From Minisyncoccota bacterium (GTDB lineage: Bacteria; Patescibacteriota; Minisyncoccia; Phycocordibacterales; DSPV01): a DNA stretch of 64,000 nt. The notes under the pieces are model-generated. The model did no database searches and was not told where the DNA came from. It saw only the letters and a program-made list of their open reading frames with translations. The stretch lies in assembly GCA_041662545.1 (NCBI GenBank), contig JBAZSH010000004.1, positions 1,803 through 65,802 of the forward strand. The letters are read 5' to 3'. Positions 10,095-19,680 of the stretch are shown here, in pieces (position 1 is the first letter of the stretch; every line of letters begins with the position of its first letter). The position numbers were made by a program, and so were the translations under genes.

Positions 10095-10725
10095 ATGATT
10101 AGGTACTATCAAAAAAAATGGCTTTACGCTCATTGAACTTCTGGTGGTAATTTCTATTATCTCGCTTTTGTCCAGTGTAGTTTTATCTTCTCTCTCTTCC
10201 GCCCGAGCAAAAGCGAGAGATGCGAAAAGATTATTTGAAATTAAACAAATACAAACTGCGCTACAATTATATGCAAGTAATAATGACGGTAATTATCCTT
10301 CTACAGGTTCACTTCACAATGTATATATGGATCCAGGTTGCGCACCACATAATTCTGGTGGAGATGTTGTTGGTACACAACAAAACTGGATTCCTGGATT
10401 AGTGCCAACTTATATATCTATTTTACCCAAAGACCCAATTGGTGTCTCTCAAGTTCCAGGCCAAACAGGCTTCAATGCATGTTACATGTATTCAAGTGAC
10501 GGCACCGGCTATCTCTTGAGCGCGTATGGCACAGTTGAAGGAAGTTCAAATGGTGGAAAGATGGATTCAAATTTTGGTTATCGAGAAATGTTTTATAATA
10601 GCAACGGTCAAGATCAGCAGTGTTATAACACAATCAACTATTCCGGGTTCATTCTTATTAGAAGAAAATCTTTTACACTAACAAACTTAACACCAAATGA
10701 TATGCATGGATGTTATACTCTTTGA
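10095..10725 (+). CDS. type IV pilin / pseudopilin-like protein. The prepilin leader MIRYYQK- at 10095 is out of frame with the body because of an A8 run.
   Basis: In frame with the 10144 ORF, the upstream sequence encodes ...NGFTLIELLVVISIISLL, a canonical prepilin cleavage/methylation motif. The ATG at 10095 reads MIRYYQKK in the -1 frame relative to the body. Removing one A from the run at 10111-10118 fuses them. Confidence 0.6.
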
Positions 10726-10782
10726 TAATTGGTATTCCTCTTCTATTGCATCAACAAATTATTGTTTATGTAATCCACCATA

Positions 10783-11787
10783 CTAACCACTAACTTTTTT
10801 TAGACCATAATCAGACGGCGCTTTGGCGAGTAATTCTTCCAGCGCCGGGCGGGTGAGCAATCCTTGATGCGCGCCGACGAATTGGATAACCGAACGGGCA
10901 TTGATGGGCGCCCAAAGCATTGCCTCACGCGGGGTTTTTCCTAAAATTAAAGCCGAAACGAAAGTAGCGGCATAGGCATCGCCAGCGCCGGTCCTTTCCA
11001 CCGGCGGTTTTGAATTAGGATAAGTCGGCATAAAAACAGCGCCTTCGCTATTGTGAATATAAGCGCCGTTTGCGCCGTTTGTAACAATGGCATTTTTCGC
11101 TCCCAAATTATGAAACTGCCGGACGGACTCCGCTCCATATTCATTAAGATTAAGTAATTTTCTAGCTTCTTCTCTATTACAAGCAAAAACATCAGAACGG
11201 CGAATAAACGGCAATAATTTTTCCAAGCCCAAAGAAAATTGAAAAGTGCCGGGCTGAAAAGCTAATCGGACATCGGGATTGGCTTCCAAATATTTTAAAA
11301 TTTCTTCTTGATATTTTTCCGAATCGGCCCCAATGGAACTTAAATAAATCCATTTTGGTTTTCCAAAAACTGGTAGGGCACGCTCGTAGGATTCGTGTCT
11401 AACCAAAATCGTCCGCTCGTCCTCATACCACAAAACATAATTAAGATTGGTCGGCGTATTTTTGTGGACAAATGCATAATCAATAGAAATCTTTTCTCTT
11501 TGAAGTGTCGCTAAACAATCTTTGCCATTTTTATCATCACCAAGATTAGTAACAACAGCGACAGAAAGTCCGAGCCGAGCCGCCGCAACGGCGGCATTAC
11601 TAGCGTTGCCAGTCGCGTAAATAATGTTGGCGGATTTATAGGGAATTTTTTGACCAAACGCCAAACACAACTCGCAACCTTCGCGATTCAAATTACAGTG
11701 AACCGAAGCATTTTCCAGACGAATAAAAGCGTCTATCGCGATATCGCCAATTGCTAAAAAGTCCACTGGTTTTTTATTGAAAAACAT
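10783..11787 (-). CDS. PfkB-family carbohydrate kinase (ribokinase-like)
   Basis: It has an N-terminal GG motif and the TGAGDAYAATFV anion-hole motif. Confidence 0.75.
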   Translation of the reverse strand: MFFNKKPVDFLAIGDIAIDAFIRLENASVHCNLNREGCELCLAFGQKIPYKSANIIYATGNASNAAVAAARLGLSVAVVTNLGDDKNGKDCLATLQREKISIDYAFVHKNTPTNLNYVLWYEDERTILVRHESYERALPVFGKPKWIYLSSIGADSEKYQEEILKYLEANPDVRLAFQPGTFQFSLGLEKLLPFIRRSDVFACNREEARKLLNLNEYGAESVRQFHNLGAKNAIVTNGANGAYIHNSEGAVFMPTYPNSKPPVERTGAGDAYAATFVSALILGKTPREAMLWAPINARSVIQFVGAHQGLLTRPALEELLAKAPSDYGLKKVSG

Positions 11788-11790
11788 TTT

Positions 11791-12000
11791 CTAAATTCTC
11801 ATAAACAAAATCACCGAAGCAATGAAAAAAATAATGGCGGCGGCGATTAAAACATAATTGGCAGTGGACTCGTTGGTAATGCCAAACCAGCGCATAACCA
11901 AACCAACTATACCTCGACTACCCGTTTGCCACCGTTGTGGTCGTTGTGGCGTAAAACGAGTGTTGTTTTCATTTTCTCCATAAAATTCTACATCTGACAT
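11791..12000 (-). CDS. small hypothetical membrane protein
   Basis: It is 69 aa with a C-terminal TM helix and is tightly packed between its neighbours. Confidence 0.3.
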   Translation of the reverse strand: MSDVEFYGENENNTRFTPQRPQRWQTGSRGIVGLVMRWFGITNESTANYVLIAAAIIFFIASVILFMRI

Positions 12001-12009
12001 ATTTTAAAA

Positions 12010-12981
12010 TTAATTAGTAATTTCATTCAACGGCTTTTGACCACCAAAAAAAGCTATTAGATTTTCTGCCGCTTTTTGTGCCATATCACTTCTGGTTTCC
12101 GCCGTCGCCGAAGCAATGTGTGGCGTTAAAACGACATTGGGCAAGTCCTTAAGACCAGCCGCCAAAACCGGCTCATTTTCAAAAACATCCAAAGCCGCTC
12201 CTTTAATAATACCTCTTTTCAAAGCGTCCACCAGCGCGACTTCGTCCACCACCGGCCCGCGGGAAGTATTGACAAGATAAGCGGTTTTTTTCATTAAGGC
12301 CAACCGTTCAGCATTGATTAAATGTTTGGTTTCTGGCAAAAGTGGCACATGTAAGCTGATCACATCAGCTTGTTGTAAAACCTCTTCAACACTCTTAAAT
12401 TCGGCACTAATCTCTTCTTCTAATTTTTCGTTGTGAACCACATCGTGATAAATAATTTTCATACCAAAACCCAAGGCCAGTTTTCTCGCCACTTCCGCGC
12501 CAATTCTGCCGGCGCCTAAAATACCCAAGGTTTTTCCTTGTAAATCGATACCCCAGAAAAGCATCGGGTCCCAACCGTCATATTTGCCGGCGCGAACAAA
12601 ATTATCGCCTTCCACAATTCGACAAGTCAAGGCCAGCAGCAAAGCCAGCGCGTGCTCGGCAACACTTTCGGTGGAAGCGCCGGGTGTATTGGTAATCACG
12701 ATGCCACGATTTTTGGCTTCAACAATATCAATATTATTAAAACCAACAGCGTAATTAGCGAAGATTTTTGTCGTCGGTGAGGCATTAAAAATTTCAGCGT
12801 CAATTTGATCGGTCAGCAAGCAAAGCACACCATCGTAGTTACCATCACCAAGAATTTTCACTAGTTCGGCTTTTGGCAATAGTTCACTTTTGTCGCGCAA
12901 TTCAACATTGTGCCCTTTGTCCTTGAGCATTTGAACACCAACTTCCGGAATTTTGTGAGTTATAAATATTTTTGCCATCAA
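12010..12981 (-). CDS. D-isomer-specific 2-hydroxyacid dehydrogenase (glyoxylate/hydroxypyruvate reductase-like)
   Basis: It has the NAD-binding motif GILGAGRIGAEVA and a catalytic R/E/H arrangement. The length is 323 aa. Confidence 0.7.
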   Translation of the reverse strand: MMAKIFITHKIPEVGVQMLKDKGHNVELRDKSELLPKAELVKILGDGNYDGVLCLLTDQIDAEIFNASPTTKIFANYAVGFNNIDIVEAKNRGIVITNTPGASTESVAEHALALLLALTCRIVEGDNFVRAGKYDGWDPMLFWGIDLQGKTLGILGAGRIGAEVARKLALGFGMKIIYHDVVHNEKLEEEISAEFKSVEEVLQQADVISLHVPLLPETKHLINAERLALMKKTAYLVNTSRGPVVDEVALVDALKRGIIKGAALDVFENEPVLAAGLKDLPNVVLTPHIASATAETRSDMAQKAAENLIAFFGGQKPLNEITN

Positions 12982-13844
12982 ACTTTATTAAAAATTTTTA
13001 ATTTTTCCTCTACAACCTTTTGTACCGCCTTCATTGGTTCTTTCAGATATTTATAGGGCGTGGTTTCTTCCAAATTTTCCTGAAGCGATTTTTGCAGCGC
13101 TTGGCGATAGGCAACGCGCAATTCGGTATTGATGTGAACAATCGCTACCCCTACATCAATCGCTTTCTGAAATTCTGCTGGTGAATTACCCGAACCACCG
13201 TGAAGAACCAAAGGAATTTTCGCGGTTTCGCTGATTTCTTTTATTCGCCCAATATTCAAAGATGGGTCTTTTCCACCACGAAGCATACCGTGAAAATTAC
13301 CTACAGCTGGTGCTAATAAATCTACACCGGTTTCTTCAACAAATTTTTGTGCTTCCTCTGGCTTGGTTAAATTTTCTGCCGAAAGTTGAACGCCAGCAGG
13401 TAGAACATCGTGAATTTTTGACGACTTGCCGATAAAACCGATTTCGCCTTCGGTGATAATTTCCGGATTTTTTGCCCGAGCATAGTCAACACATTGTTTG
13501 GTAATTTTAATATTTTCTGCCAAAGGTAATTCACTACCATCAAACATTGCCGCGTCAAAACCAGCATCCACAACTTCTTTGTAGCGCTCAAAACTAGAAG
13601 TATGGTCAGCGTTTATAAAAATCGGTAAATTATACTGATCACGCAAACTTTTCACTAGGGCCACCGCTTGTCGCACGCCAACGAAATCCCGCTCGCCATC
13701 GGACAAACCAATAATCACCGGCAATTCCAAACTTTTGGCCGCATTGAAAATTCCCCAAAGCGCCTCTAAGTTGGAAATATTAAAATGACCAATGGCAACT
13801 TTTTTCGCCCGCGCCTCCGCCAAACATTCCCGCAAAGTTTTCAT
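12978..13844 (-). CDS. fba: class II fructose-bisphosphate aldolase
   Basis: It has the motifs LHGGSG and NADHTSS and the class II FBA fold. Confidence 0.8.
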   Translation of the reverse strand: MKTLRECLAEARAKKVAIGHFNISNLEALWGIFNAAKSLELPVIIGLSDGERDFVGVRQAVALVKSLRDQYNLPIFINADHTSSFERYKEVVDAGFDAAMFDGSELPLAENIKITKQCVDYARAKNPEIITEGEIGFIGKSSKIHDVLPAGVQLSAENLTKPEEAQKFVEETGVDLLAPAVGNFHGMLRGGKDPSLNIGRIKEISETAKIPLVLHGGSGNSPAEFQKAIDVGVAIVHINTELRVAYRQALQKSLQENLEETTPYKYLKEPMKAVQKVVEEKLKIFNKV

Positions 13845-13899
13845 ATCAATATTGTAGCATATTCAGATTTCTCCACAAAAATGCTAGAATTAAAAATCT

Positions 13900-16800
13900 A
13901 TGGACAAATCGAAAACGGCCGAACGAGAGGAAAAAATTCTTAAGTTTTGGCGCGACAATAAAATTTTTGAAAAATCATTGGAAAAACCCGCGCCAAATGG
14001 GGAATTTACTTTTTATGATGGACCGCCTTTCGCTAGTGGTACACCTCATTTTGGTCATCTTCTGCCAACTTCTATCAAAGACGCGGTGCCGCGCTTTTGG
14101 ACAATGCGCGGTTTTCGAGTGGCACGCCGTTGGGGTTGGGATTGCCACGGTTTACCGGTAGAAAATTTAGTAGAAAAAGAATTGGGTCTGAAATCAAAAA
14201 AAGAAATAGAAAATTATGGGGTGGAAAAATTCAATGCGGTCGCGCGAGAGAGTGTCTTGCGCTATGCCGATATTTGGCGCGAGCAAATTCCGCGCTTCGG
14301 CCGGTTTGTGGATATGGATAACGATTACCGAACGATGGACGCTAATTACACCGAGAGTGTCTGGTGGGCCTTCAAAACACTTCACGGAAAAAATCTAATT
14401 TATGAGGGTTTCAAGCCAATGCATCTTTGCCCCCATTGCGGTACCACGCTTTCAAATTTTGAAGTGGCGCAGGGTTATAAAGATATCGCGGATATTTCAG
14501 TATATGCGAAGTTTAAAACTGATGATAAAACTTTCTTGCTGGCTTGGACCACTACACCGTGGACTTTACCGGGTAATGTCGCATTGGCGGTGGGAAAAGA
14601 TATTGATTATGTAAGGGTAGGAATAATGAATAAGGAATTAGGAATTAGGGAAGAATATATTTTGGCAAAAGCGCGGTTAGTTGTTTTGAAACAGGAATAT
14701 GAAATTTTAGAAGAATTCAAAGGAGAAAAATTGGTAGGTAAATCATATGAGCCAATTTTTGATTATTATAAAGGTCAGACCTTGGGGAATCGAGACCGGG
14801 GTTGGAAAATTTACGCCGCAGATTTTGTAACCACCGAAGACGGCACCGGCATTGTCCACATCGCGCCGGCTTTCGGCGAGGCCGATATGAAATTGGGCGA
14901 AAAAGAAAAATTGCCTTTTGTTCAGCATGTTGGTGTTGATGGAAAATTTAAGAGCGAAGTTTCTGATTTTGCTGGCCAAGATGTCAAACCAAAAGATGAC
15001 CCGACTCGTGCCGATGTCGCTGTGTTAAAATTTCTAGCCGCTAAAAATCTTTTATTCGCCAAAGAAAAAATTACTCACTCCTATCCGCATTGCTGGCGCT
15101 GCGAAACACCGCTTTTGAATTACGCCGCTTCTTCGTGGTTCGTAAAAGTGACGGCATTGAAAAATAAATTACTTGCCGAAAATGAAAAAATTCACTGGGT
15201 GCCGGAAACAATAGGGAAGTATCGTTTCGGTAATTGGCTGGCCGAAGCGCGAGATTGGGCAATTTCCCGCTCACGCTTCTGGGGCGCGCCATTGCCCGTT
15301 TGGCGTTGCGACAAATGCGGAAAATTGGAAATCATCGGCTCAATTGAAGATATAAAAAAACACCTGAAACCGCGCAATCGCTATATTGTAATGCGCCACG
15401 GCGAGTCGGAAAATAATGTAAAGGGAATTTTAAACACTGATTTAAAAAATAATGTTTTTCATCTGACTGAAAATGGAAAAGCTCAAACTAGAGAAAGTGC
15501 TGAAAAATTAGCGGTGGAAAAAATTGATTTGATTTTTGCTTCACCTTTTGCCCGAACAATCGATACCGCCGAGCTTGTCCGAGAAAAACTCGGTTTACCG
15601 AAAGAAAATTTGGTGATAGATGAGCGGCTAAAAGAAATTTCTGGCACTGAATTTGAGGGTTCGCCAGAAAGTGGTTATGGTAAATTTTACAAAAATTTTG
15701 AGGAAAGGTTTACAAAACGACCAAATGGCGGTGAAAATTATTTGGAGATAAAGAAGCGACTGGGAGATTTTCTTCAAGAAATTGACACTAAACACACTGG
15801 AAAAAACATTTTAATTGTTACTCACGGAGCGCCGGCTTGGCTCCTAGAACATACCGCCCTCGGTCTAACACCAAAACAAATGGCGCAGGTCTGGAAAAGA
15901 GAATCACTTTTACCAAACAGCCAATATCGAGAATTCTCCTTTCTTTCTTTGCCCCTTAACGAAAATCATGAATTAGATTTACATCGACCATTTATTGACT
16001 CCATCGAATTTGATTGCGCTTGTTCCGAAAAAATGCGACGAGTGCCGGAAGTTTTTGATTGCTGGTTTGAAAGCGGCTCAATGCCTTTTGCCGAATGGCA
16101 CTATCCCTTCGACTCCGCTCAGGGCAAGCCCTTTGAAAAAATTTTTAATCCTAAGCCCGGCTGGTTTCAAAAAGCAAAAAGATTTCCAGCCGACTTTATT
16201 GCTGAAGGATTGGATCAAACCCGCGGCTGGTTTTATTCCATGCTGGTGCTTGGTGTCGCTTTGTTCGGCAAATCACCTTACAAAAATGTAATCGTGAATG
16301 GTTTAGTTCTAGCCGAAGACGGCCGGAAAATGTCAAAAAGCTTAAAAAATTATCCGGACCTTATGCCGACCGTTGAAAAATATGGCGCCGACGCCATCCG
16401 TCTATATCTTTTGTCATCGCCAGCAGTGAGGGCTGAAGATGCTCGATTTTCCGAAAAGGGTGTGGATGAAGTGGCAAAAAAAGTCCTCGGCCGACTTGAT
16501 AATGTTTTGGCTTTTTATTTGCTTTACGCGGATAAAAATTTAACCAATGACCGTCAACCAACAACCAGCAACATTTTGGACCAATGGATACTGGCGCGAT
16601 TAAACCAACTTATCAGTGAGGTAACAAAGGCGATGGAAAATTATGAACTAGACAAGGCGGCGCGGCCGATCGGCGACTTCGTGGATGATTTGTCCACTTG
16701 GTATTTGCGCCGCTCCCGCGAGCGTATTAAAAACGGCGATGGGGACGGCCGCGCCGCGCTAGCAACTCTGCGTTTCGTATTGTTGGAACTTTCAAAAATA

Positions 16801-17379
16801 ATTGCGCCCTTTACGCCGTTTTTCTCGGAATATTTGTATAAAACAGTTGGCGGCGAAAAAGAAAGTGTGCATTTGGATAATTGGCCCGCCTGCAAGGCAG
16901 ACGGGCGAGGCGTTGCGGGCGGGCCCGAGACCAACTTACTTGAGGAAATGAAAGAGGTGCGACGGATAGTTTCATTGGCTTTGGAAGCACGAGCAAAAGC
17001 GAATATAAAAGTCCGACAACCGCTCGCTTCGCTTCGCATTAAATTTGGCATCAATTCACATATGGTTAATTTAATAAAAGATGAAGTGAATGTGAAGGAA
17101 ATTACTTTTAGCAACGAACTGAAAAATGAAGTGGAATTAGATACCACTATTACACCTGAGTTAAAAAGGGAAGGGAACTATCGGGAAGCGGTGCGACAAA
17201 TTCAAGAATTGCGAAAAGAAAAAGGCCTACGGCCCGGCCAATTGGCAACTCTCGCCACTTCAGCCCAAATTGCCTCCACTGGTTTGCTTCAAGAATTTGA
17301 GGATGATTTAAAACACTCCGCCTCGCTGGAAAGAATAAATCACGGTGTTTTAGCCGAGGGCGATTTTGAGTTGCGTTAA
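13900..17379 (+). CDS. ileS: isoleucyl-tRNA synthetase, with an internal ~200-aa histidine-phosphatase (PGM-like) domain insertion and one REP singlet
   Basis: It has PPFASGTPHFGHLL (a HIGH-type motif), the editing domain, a zinc knuckle WRCDKCG and KMSKSLKN. The segment RNRYIVMRHGESENN...IVTHGAPAWL is inserted before HRPFIDSIEF. Confidence 0.85.
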   Translation: MDKSKTAEREEKILKFWRDNKIFEKSLEKPAPNGEFTFYDGPPFASGTPHFGHLLPTSIKDAVPRFWTMRGFRVARRWGWDCHGLPVENLVEKELGLKSKKEIENYGVEKFNAVARESVLRYADIWREQIPRFGRFVDMDNDYRTMDANYTESVWWAFKTLHGKNLIYEGFKPMHLCPHCGTTLSNFEVAQGYKDIADISVYAKFKTDDKTFLLAWTTTPWTLPGNVALAVGKDIDYVRVGIMNKELGIREEYILAKARLVVLKQEYEILEEFKGEKLVGKSYEPIFDYYKGQTLGNRDRGWKIYAADFVTTEDGTGIVHIAPAFGEADMKLGEKEKLPFVQHVGVDGKFKSEVSDFAGQDVKPKDDPTRADVAVLKFLAAKNLLFAKEKITHSYPHCWRCETPLLNYAASSWFVKVTALKNKLLAENEKIHWVPETIGKYRFGNWLAEARDWAISRSRFWGAPLPVWRCDKCGKLEIIGSIEDIKKHLKPRNRYIVMRHGESENNVKGILNTDLKNNVFHLTENGKAQTRESAEKLAVEKIDLIFASPFARTIDTAELVREKLGLPKENLVIDERLKEISGTEFEGSPESGYGKFYKNFEERFTKRPNGGENYLEIKKRLGDFLQEIDTKHTGKNILIVTHGAPAWLLEHTALGLTPKQMAQVWKRESLLPNSQYREFSFLSLPLNENHELDLHRPFIDSIEFDCACSEKMRRVPEVFDCWFESGSMPFAEWHYPFDSAQGKPFEKIFNPKPGWFQKAKRFPADFIAEGLDQTRGWFYSMLVLGVALFGKSPYKNVIVNGLVLAEDGRKMSKSLKNYPDLMPTVEKYGADAIRLYLLSSPAVRAEDARFSEKGVDEVAKKVLGRLDNVLAFYLLYADKNLTNDRQPTTSNILDQWILARLNQLISEVTKAMENYELDKAARPIGDFVDDLSTWYLRRSRERIKNGDGDGRAALATLRFVLLELSKIIAPFTPFFSEYLYKTVGGEKESVHLDNWPACKADGRGVAGGPETNLLEEMKEVRRIVSLALEARAKANIKVRQPLASLRIKFGINSHMVNLIKDEVNVKEITFSNELKNEVELDTTITPELKREGNYREAVRQIQELRKEKGLRPGQLATLATSAQIASTGLLQEFEDDLKHSASLERINHGVLAEGDFELR
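14771..14783. repeat. REP-like singlet AAGGTCAGACCTT in ileS
   Basis: It is an exact 13-mer shared with the other copies. Confidence 0.5.
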
Positions 17380-17405
17380 GCCGTTTAGTATCCTATGATT
17401 GCCCA

Positions 17406-18419
17406 ATGAGTTTTTTTTCTCCCAAGTTAGGTATTGATTTAGGAACGACCAACACTCTGGTTTTTGTACCCGGGCGGGGCATTGTCTTAAATGAACCGTC
17501 GGTGGTAGCGATTAATGAAGATGACAAAAAAATTCTCGCCGTCGGCATTGAAGCAAAAAAAATGATTGGCCGAACGCCGGAATCCATCACTGCTTATCGA
17601 CCATTGAAAGACGGAGTGATTGCCGACTATCGCGTTACCGAAGCGATGCTCCGTTATTTCATAAACAAAGCACTCGGCAAATGGAGTTTTTTCAAACCGG
17701 AAGTTATGGTCTCGGTGCCAGCCGGCATCACTTCCACCGAACGCCGTGCGGTGGTGGAAGCGGCGATTAAAGCTGGCGCCCGCAGCGCCTATGTGGTTAA
17801 AGAACCAGTGCTGGCAGCCATCGGCGCCGGTATTCCTATTCACGAGCCAGTAGGCCATATGGTGGTGGACATCGGTGGCGGAACAATTGATGTGGCGGTA
17901 ATTTCGCTTGGGGGAATTGTTTCTTCCACTTCGGTAAAATGCGCCGGCGATCGCTTGGATGCCGCCATTGCCGATTACATTAAAAAAACTTTTAACTTGG
18001 TAATCGGCGACAAGATGGCGGAAAAAATAAAAATTGAAATTGGCTCAGCGGTAACAGTAGAAGAAGAATTGTCGATGGAAGTTAAGGGGCGAGATTTCGT
18101 TACCGGTTTGCCCAGAACGACAGAAATAAAAACCAATGAAATTGTTCGTGCAATTACCCGAGAACTGCGCGAGATGATTAAAGCCATTCGTGATGTCTTG
18201 CAAGAAACGCCGCCGGAATTGGCAGCTGATATTATTGATCATGGAGTAATTATGACCGGCGGTTCTTCGCAACTGCGAAATTTTCCGGAATTGGTTTTGC
18301 GTCGCACCGGAGTCAAGGCAGTTCTGGCCAAGGACCCGATTTTCTGCGTCGCCAAAGGCACTGGTATCGCCCTTGAACATTTGGGCACTTATAAGAAAAG
18401 CATTATCGCCAAAAGATAA
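17406..18419 (+). CDS. mreB: rod shape-determining protein MreB
   Basis: It has GIDLGTTNTLVFV and the actin-like ATPase fold. Confidence 0.9.
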   Translation: MSFFSPKLGIDLGTTNTLVFVPGRGIVLNEPSVVAINEDDKKILAVGIEAKKMIGRTPESITAYRPLKDGVIADYRVTEAMLRYFINKALGKWSFFKPEVMVSVPAGITSTERRAVVEAAIKAGARSAYVVKEPVLAAIGAGIPIHEPVGHMVVDIGGGTIDVAVISLGGIVSSTSVKCAGDRLDAAIADYIKKTFNLVIGDKMAEKIKIEIGSAVTVEEELSMEVKGRDFVTGLPRTTEIKTNEIVRAITRELREMIKAIRDVLQETPPELAADIIDHGVIMTGGSSQLRNFPELVLRRTGVKAVLAKDPIFCVAKGTGIALEHLGTYKKSIIAKR

Positions 18420-18420
18420 A

Positions 18421-19113
18421 ATGATTTCTTTTGGAAATGGTCCGCTCCATCACGCCTATTTAATAGAAGGGGAGCGGCGAAGCGCGCATCTGGCGTTAAA
18501 CCGGTTTTTTGAAAATGAATTGAAATTAAAAATCCGGGGTAATCCCGATTTACTTTTTGTTGAATACGATACTTTTACCATTGACGAAGCGCGGGCGCTC
18601 AAAGATTGGCAAAGCAAGCGGCCGGCGGTCGGCGAAAGAAAATTTTTCGTCTTGGCGCTAAACAGCGCCACCAGCGAAGCGCAAAATTCACTTTTGAAGG
18701 TGTTGGAAGAGCCGACCGCCGGCACTCATTTCTTTTTAATCGCGCCGGCGGCGGAAATTTTTCTGCTCACCGTCCAATCAAGATTATCTATTATAAAATT
18801 TACCAGCGAAAGTGTTGACGACAGAACAGGGGAAGCAGAAAAATTTTTGAAATTAAATATCGGCGAACGATTGGCTTTCGCCAAATCGTTTGCCGACGAA
18901 ATCACCGATGGCAAGAAAACCAAAACCGATGCCATAAAATTTTTGGATACCGTTGAACTGGTTCTGCGAGAAAAAAATTTCGCCGACCCGACGGTTTTTG
19001 AACAATTGCTCCAATCCAAAATTTTCCTGCGCAGTTCCGGAGCATCAGTAAAAATGCTCCTGGAAAATCTGGCTTTACATTTTAGAGATAACTCCTTTTT
19101 GACAAAAAAATAG
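18421..19113 (+). CDS. holB: DNA polymerase III delta-prime subunit-like protein
   Basis: HAYLIEG, FTIDEAR and NSLLKVLEEP are AAA+ clamp-loader motifs. The start at 18421 is preferred over the overlapping 18373. Confidence 0.65.
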   Translation: MISFGNGPLHHAYLIEGERRSAHLALNRFFENELKLKIRGNPDLLFVEYDTFTIDEARALKDWQSKRPAVGERKFFVLALNSATSEAQNSLLKVLEEPTAGTHFFLIAPAAEIFLLTVQSRLSIIKFTSESVDDRTGEAEKFLKLNIGERLAFAKSFADEITDGKKTKTDAIKFLDTVELVLREKNFADPTVFEQLLQSKIFLRSSGASVKMLLENLALHFRDNSFLTKK

Positions 19114-19185
19114 TTAGGACTATTGTATGAGACGGAATACCTGGTTTGGTCTTTAATCTTGACCCTCAACAACAAAGGAAAAAGG

Positions 19186-19395
19186 ATGAACGATAAGTAT
19201 CTGCGGAGCCTAGCGAAATCACTCAGTTACAGAATTTGTGGAACCATTGTAACTTCTACTCTCGTTTTCTTATTTACGGAGAAGTGGTTTCTCTCGCTTA
19301 CTGTGGGCGCGGCGGAATTCTTTTTAAAGATAGTTTTCTTCTATATCCATGAGCGAGTGTGGTGCATGGTTAAATGGGGAAAAGGTTACCCCTAA
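19186..19395 (+). CDS. small DUF2061-like membrane protein
   Basis: LRSLAKSLSYRICGTIVTSTLVFLFT...IVFFYIHERVW matches the DUF2061 pattern. Confidence 0.5.
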   Translation: MNDKYLRSLAKSLSYRICGTIVTSTLVFLFTEKWFLSLTVGAAEFFLKIVFFYIHERVWCMVKWGKGYP

Positions 19396-19504
19396 GCCAC
19401 CCTGGGCCGATTACACTTTGTAGTCGGCTCTATTTTAAAATGGATTCTAACCCAATTAAAGTTTTCTTTTACCATATCAAAAATTATATCACAACTTTCA
19501 AAAA

Positions 19505-19591
19505 CGGAGGAGGTGGGATTCGGACCCACGAGACCCTTTAAGAGGTCCACGGTTTAGCAAACCGTTCCGTTAACCGCTCCGGCACTCCTCC
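19505..19591 (-). tRNA. tRNA-Ser (anticodon GCT)
   Basis: It has the acceptor pair GGAGGAG/CTCCTCC, a long variable arm and an anticodon loop TTGCTAA. CCA is not encoded. Confidence 0.8.
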
Positions 19592-19680
19592 AAACAACCA
19601 GATACACGATATCATAAAAACCGAGTTTTTCCACTTTGCCCTTTACTTACAAAATAGTATACTATGTAAATAATAAGTGT

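Noticed and set aside
14771-14810. Possible second half-site completing a doublet after the ileS REP singlet (GGGGAATCGAGACCGGGG)
   Set aside because: The downstream sequence is not complementary to the AAGGTCAGACCTT unit. Only the singlet is supported.
16641-17147. 168-aa minus-strand ORF inside ileS
   Set aside because: It is an antisense ORF within a well-supported, highly conserved gene.
18373-18420. Upstream alternative start of holB overlapping the mreB C-terminus
   Set aside because: The ATG at 18421 immediately follows the mreB stop and yields the conserved N-terminus. The extension is out-of-context read-through.
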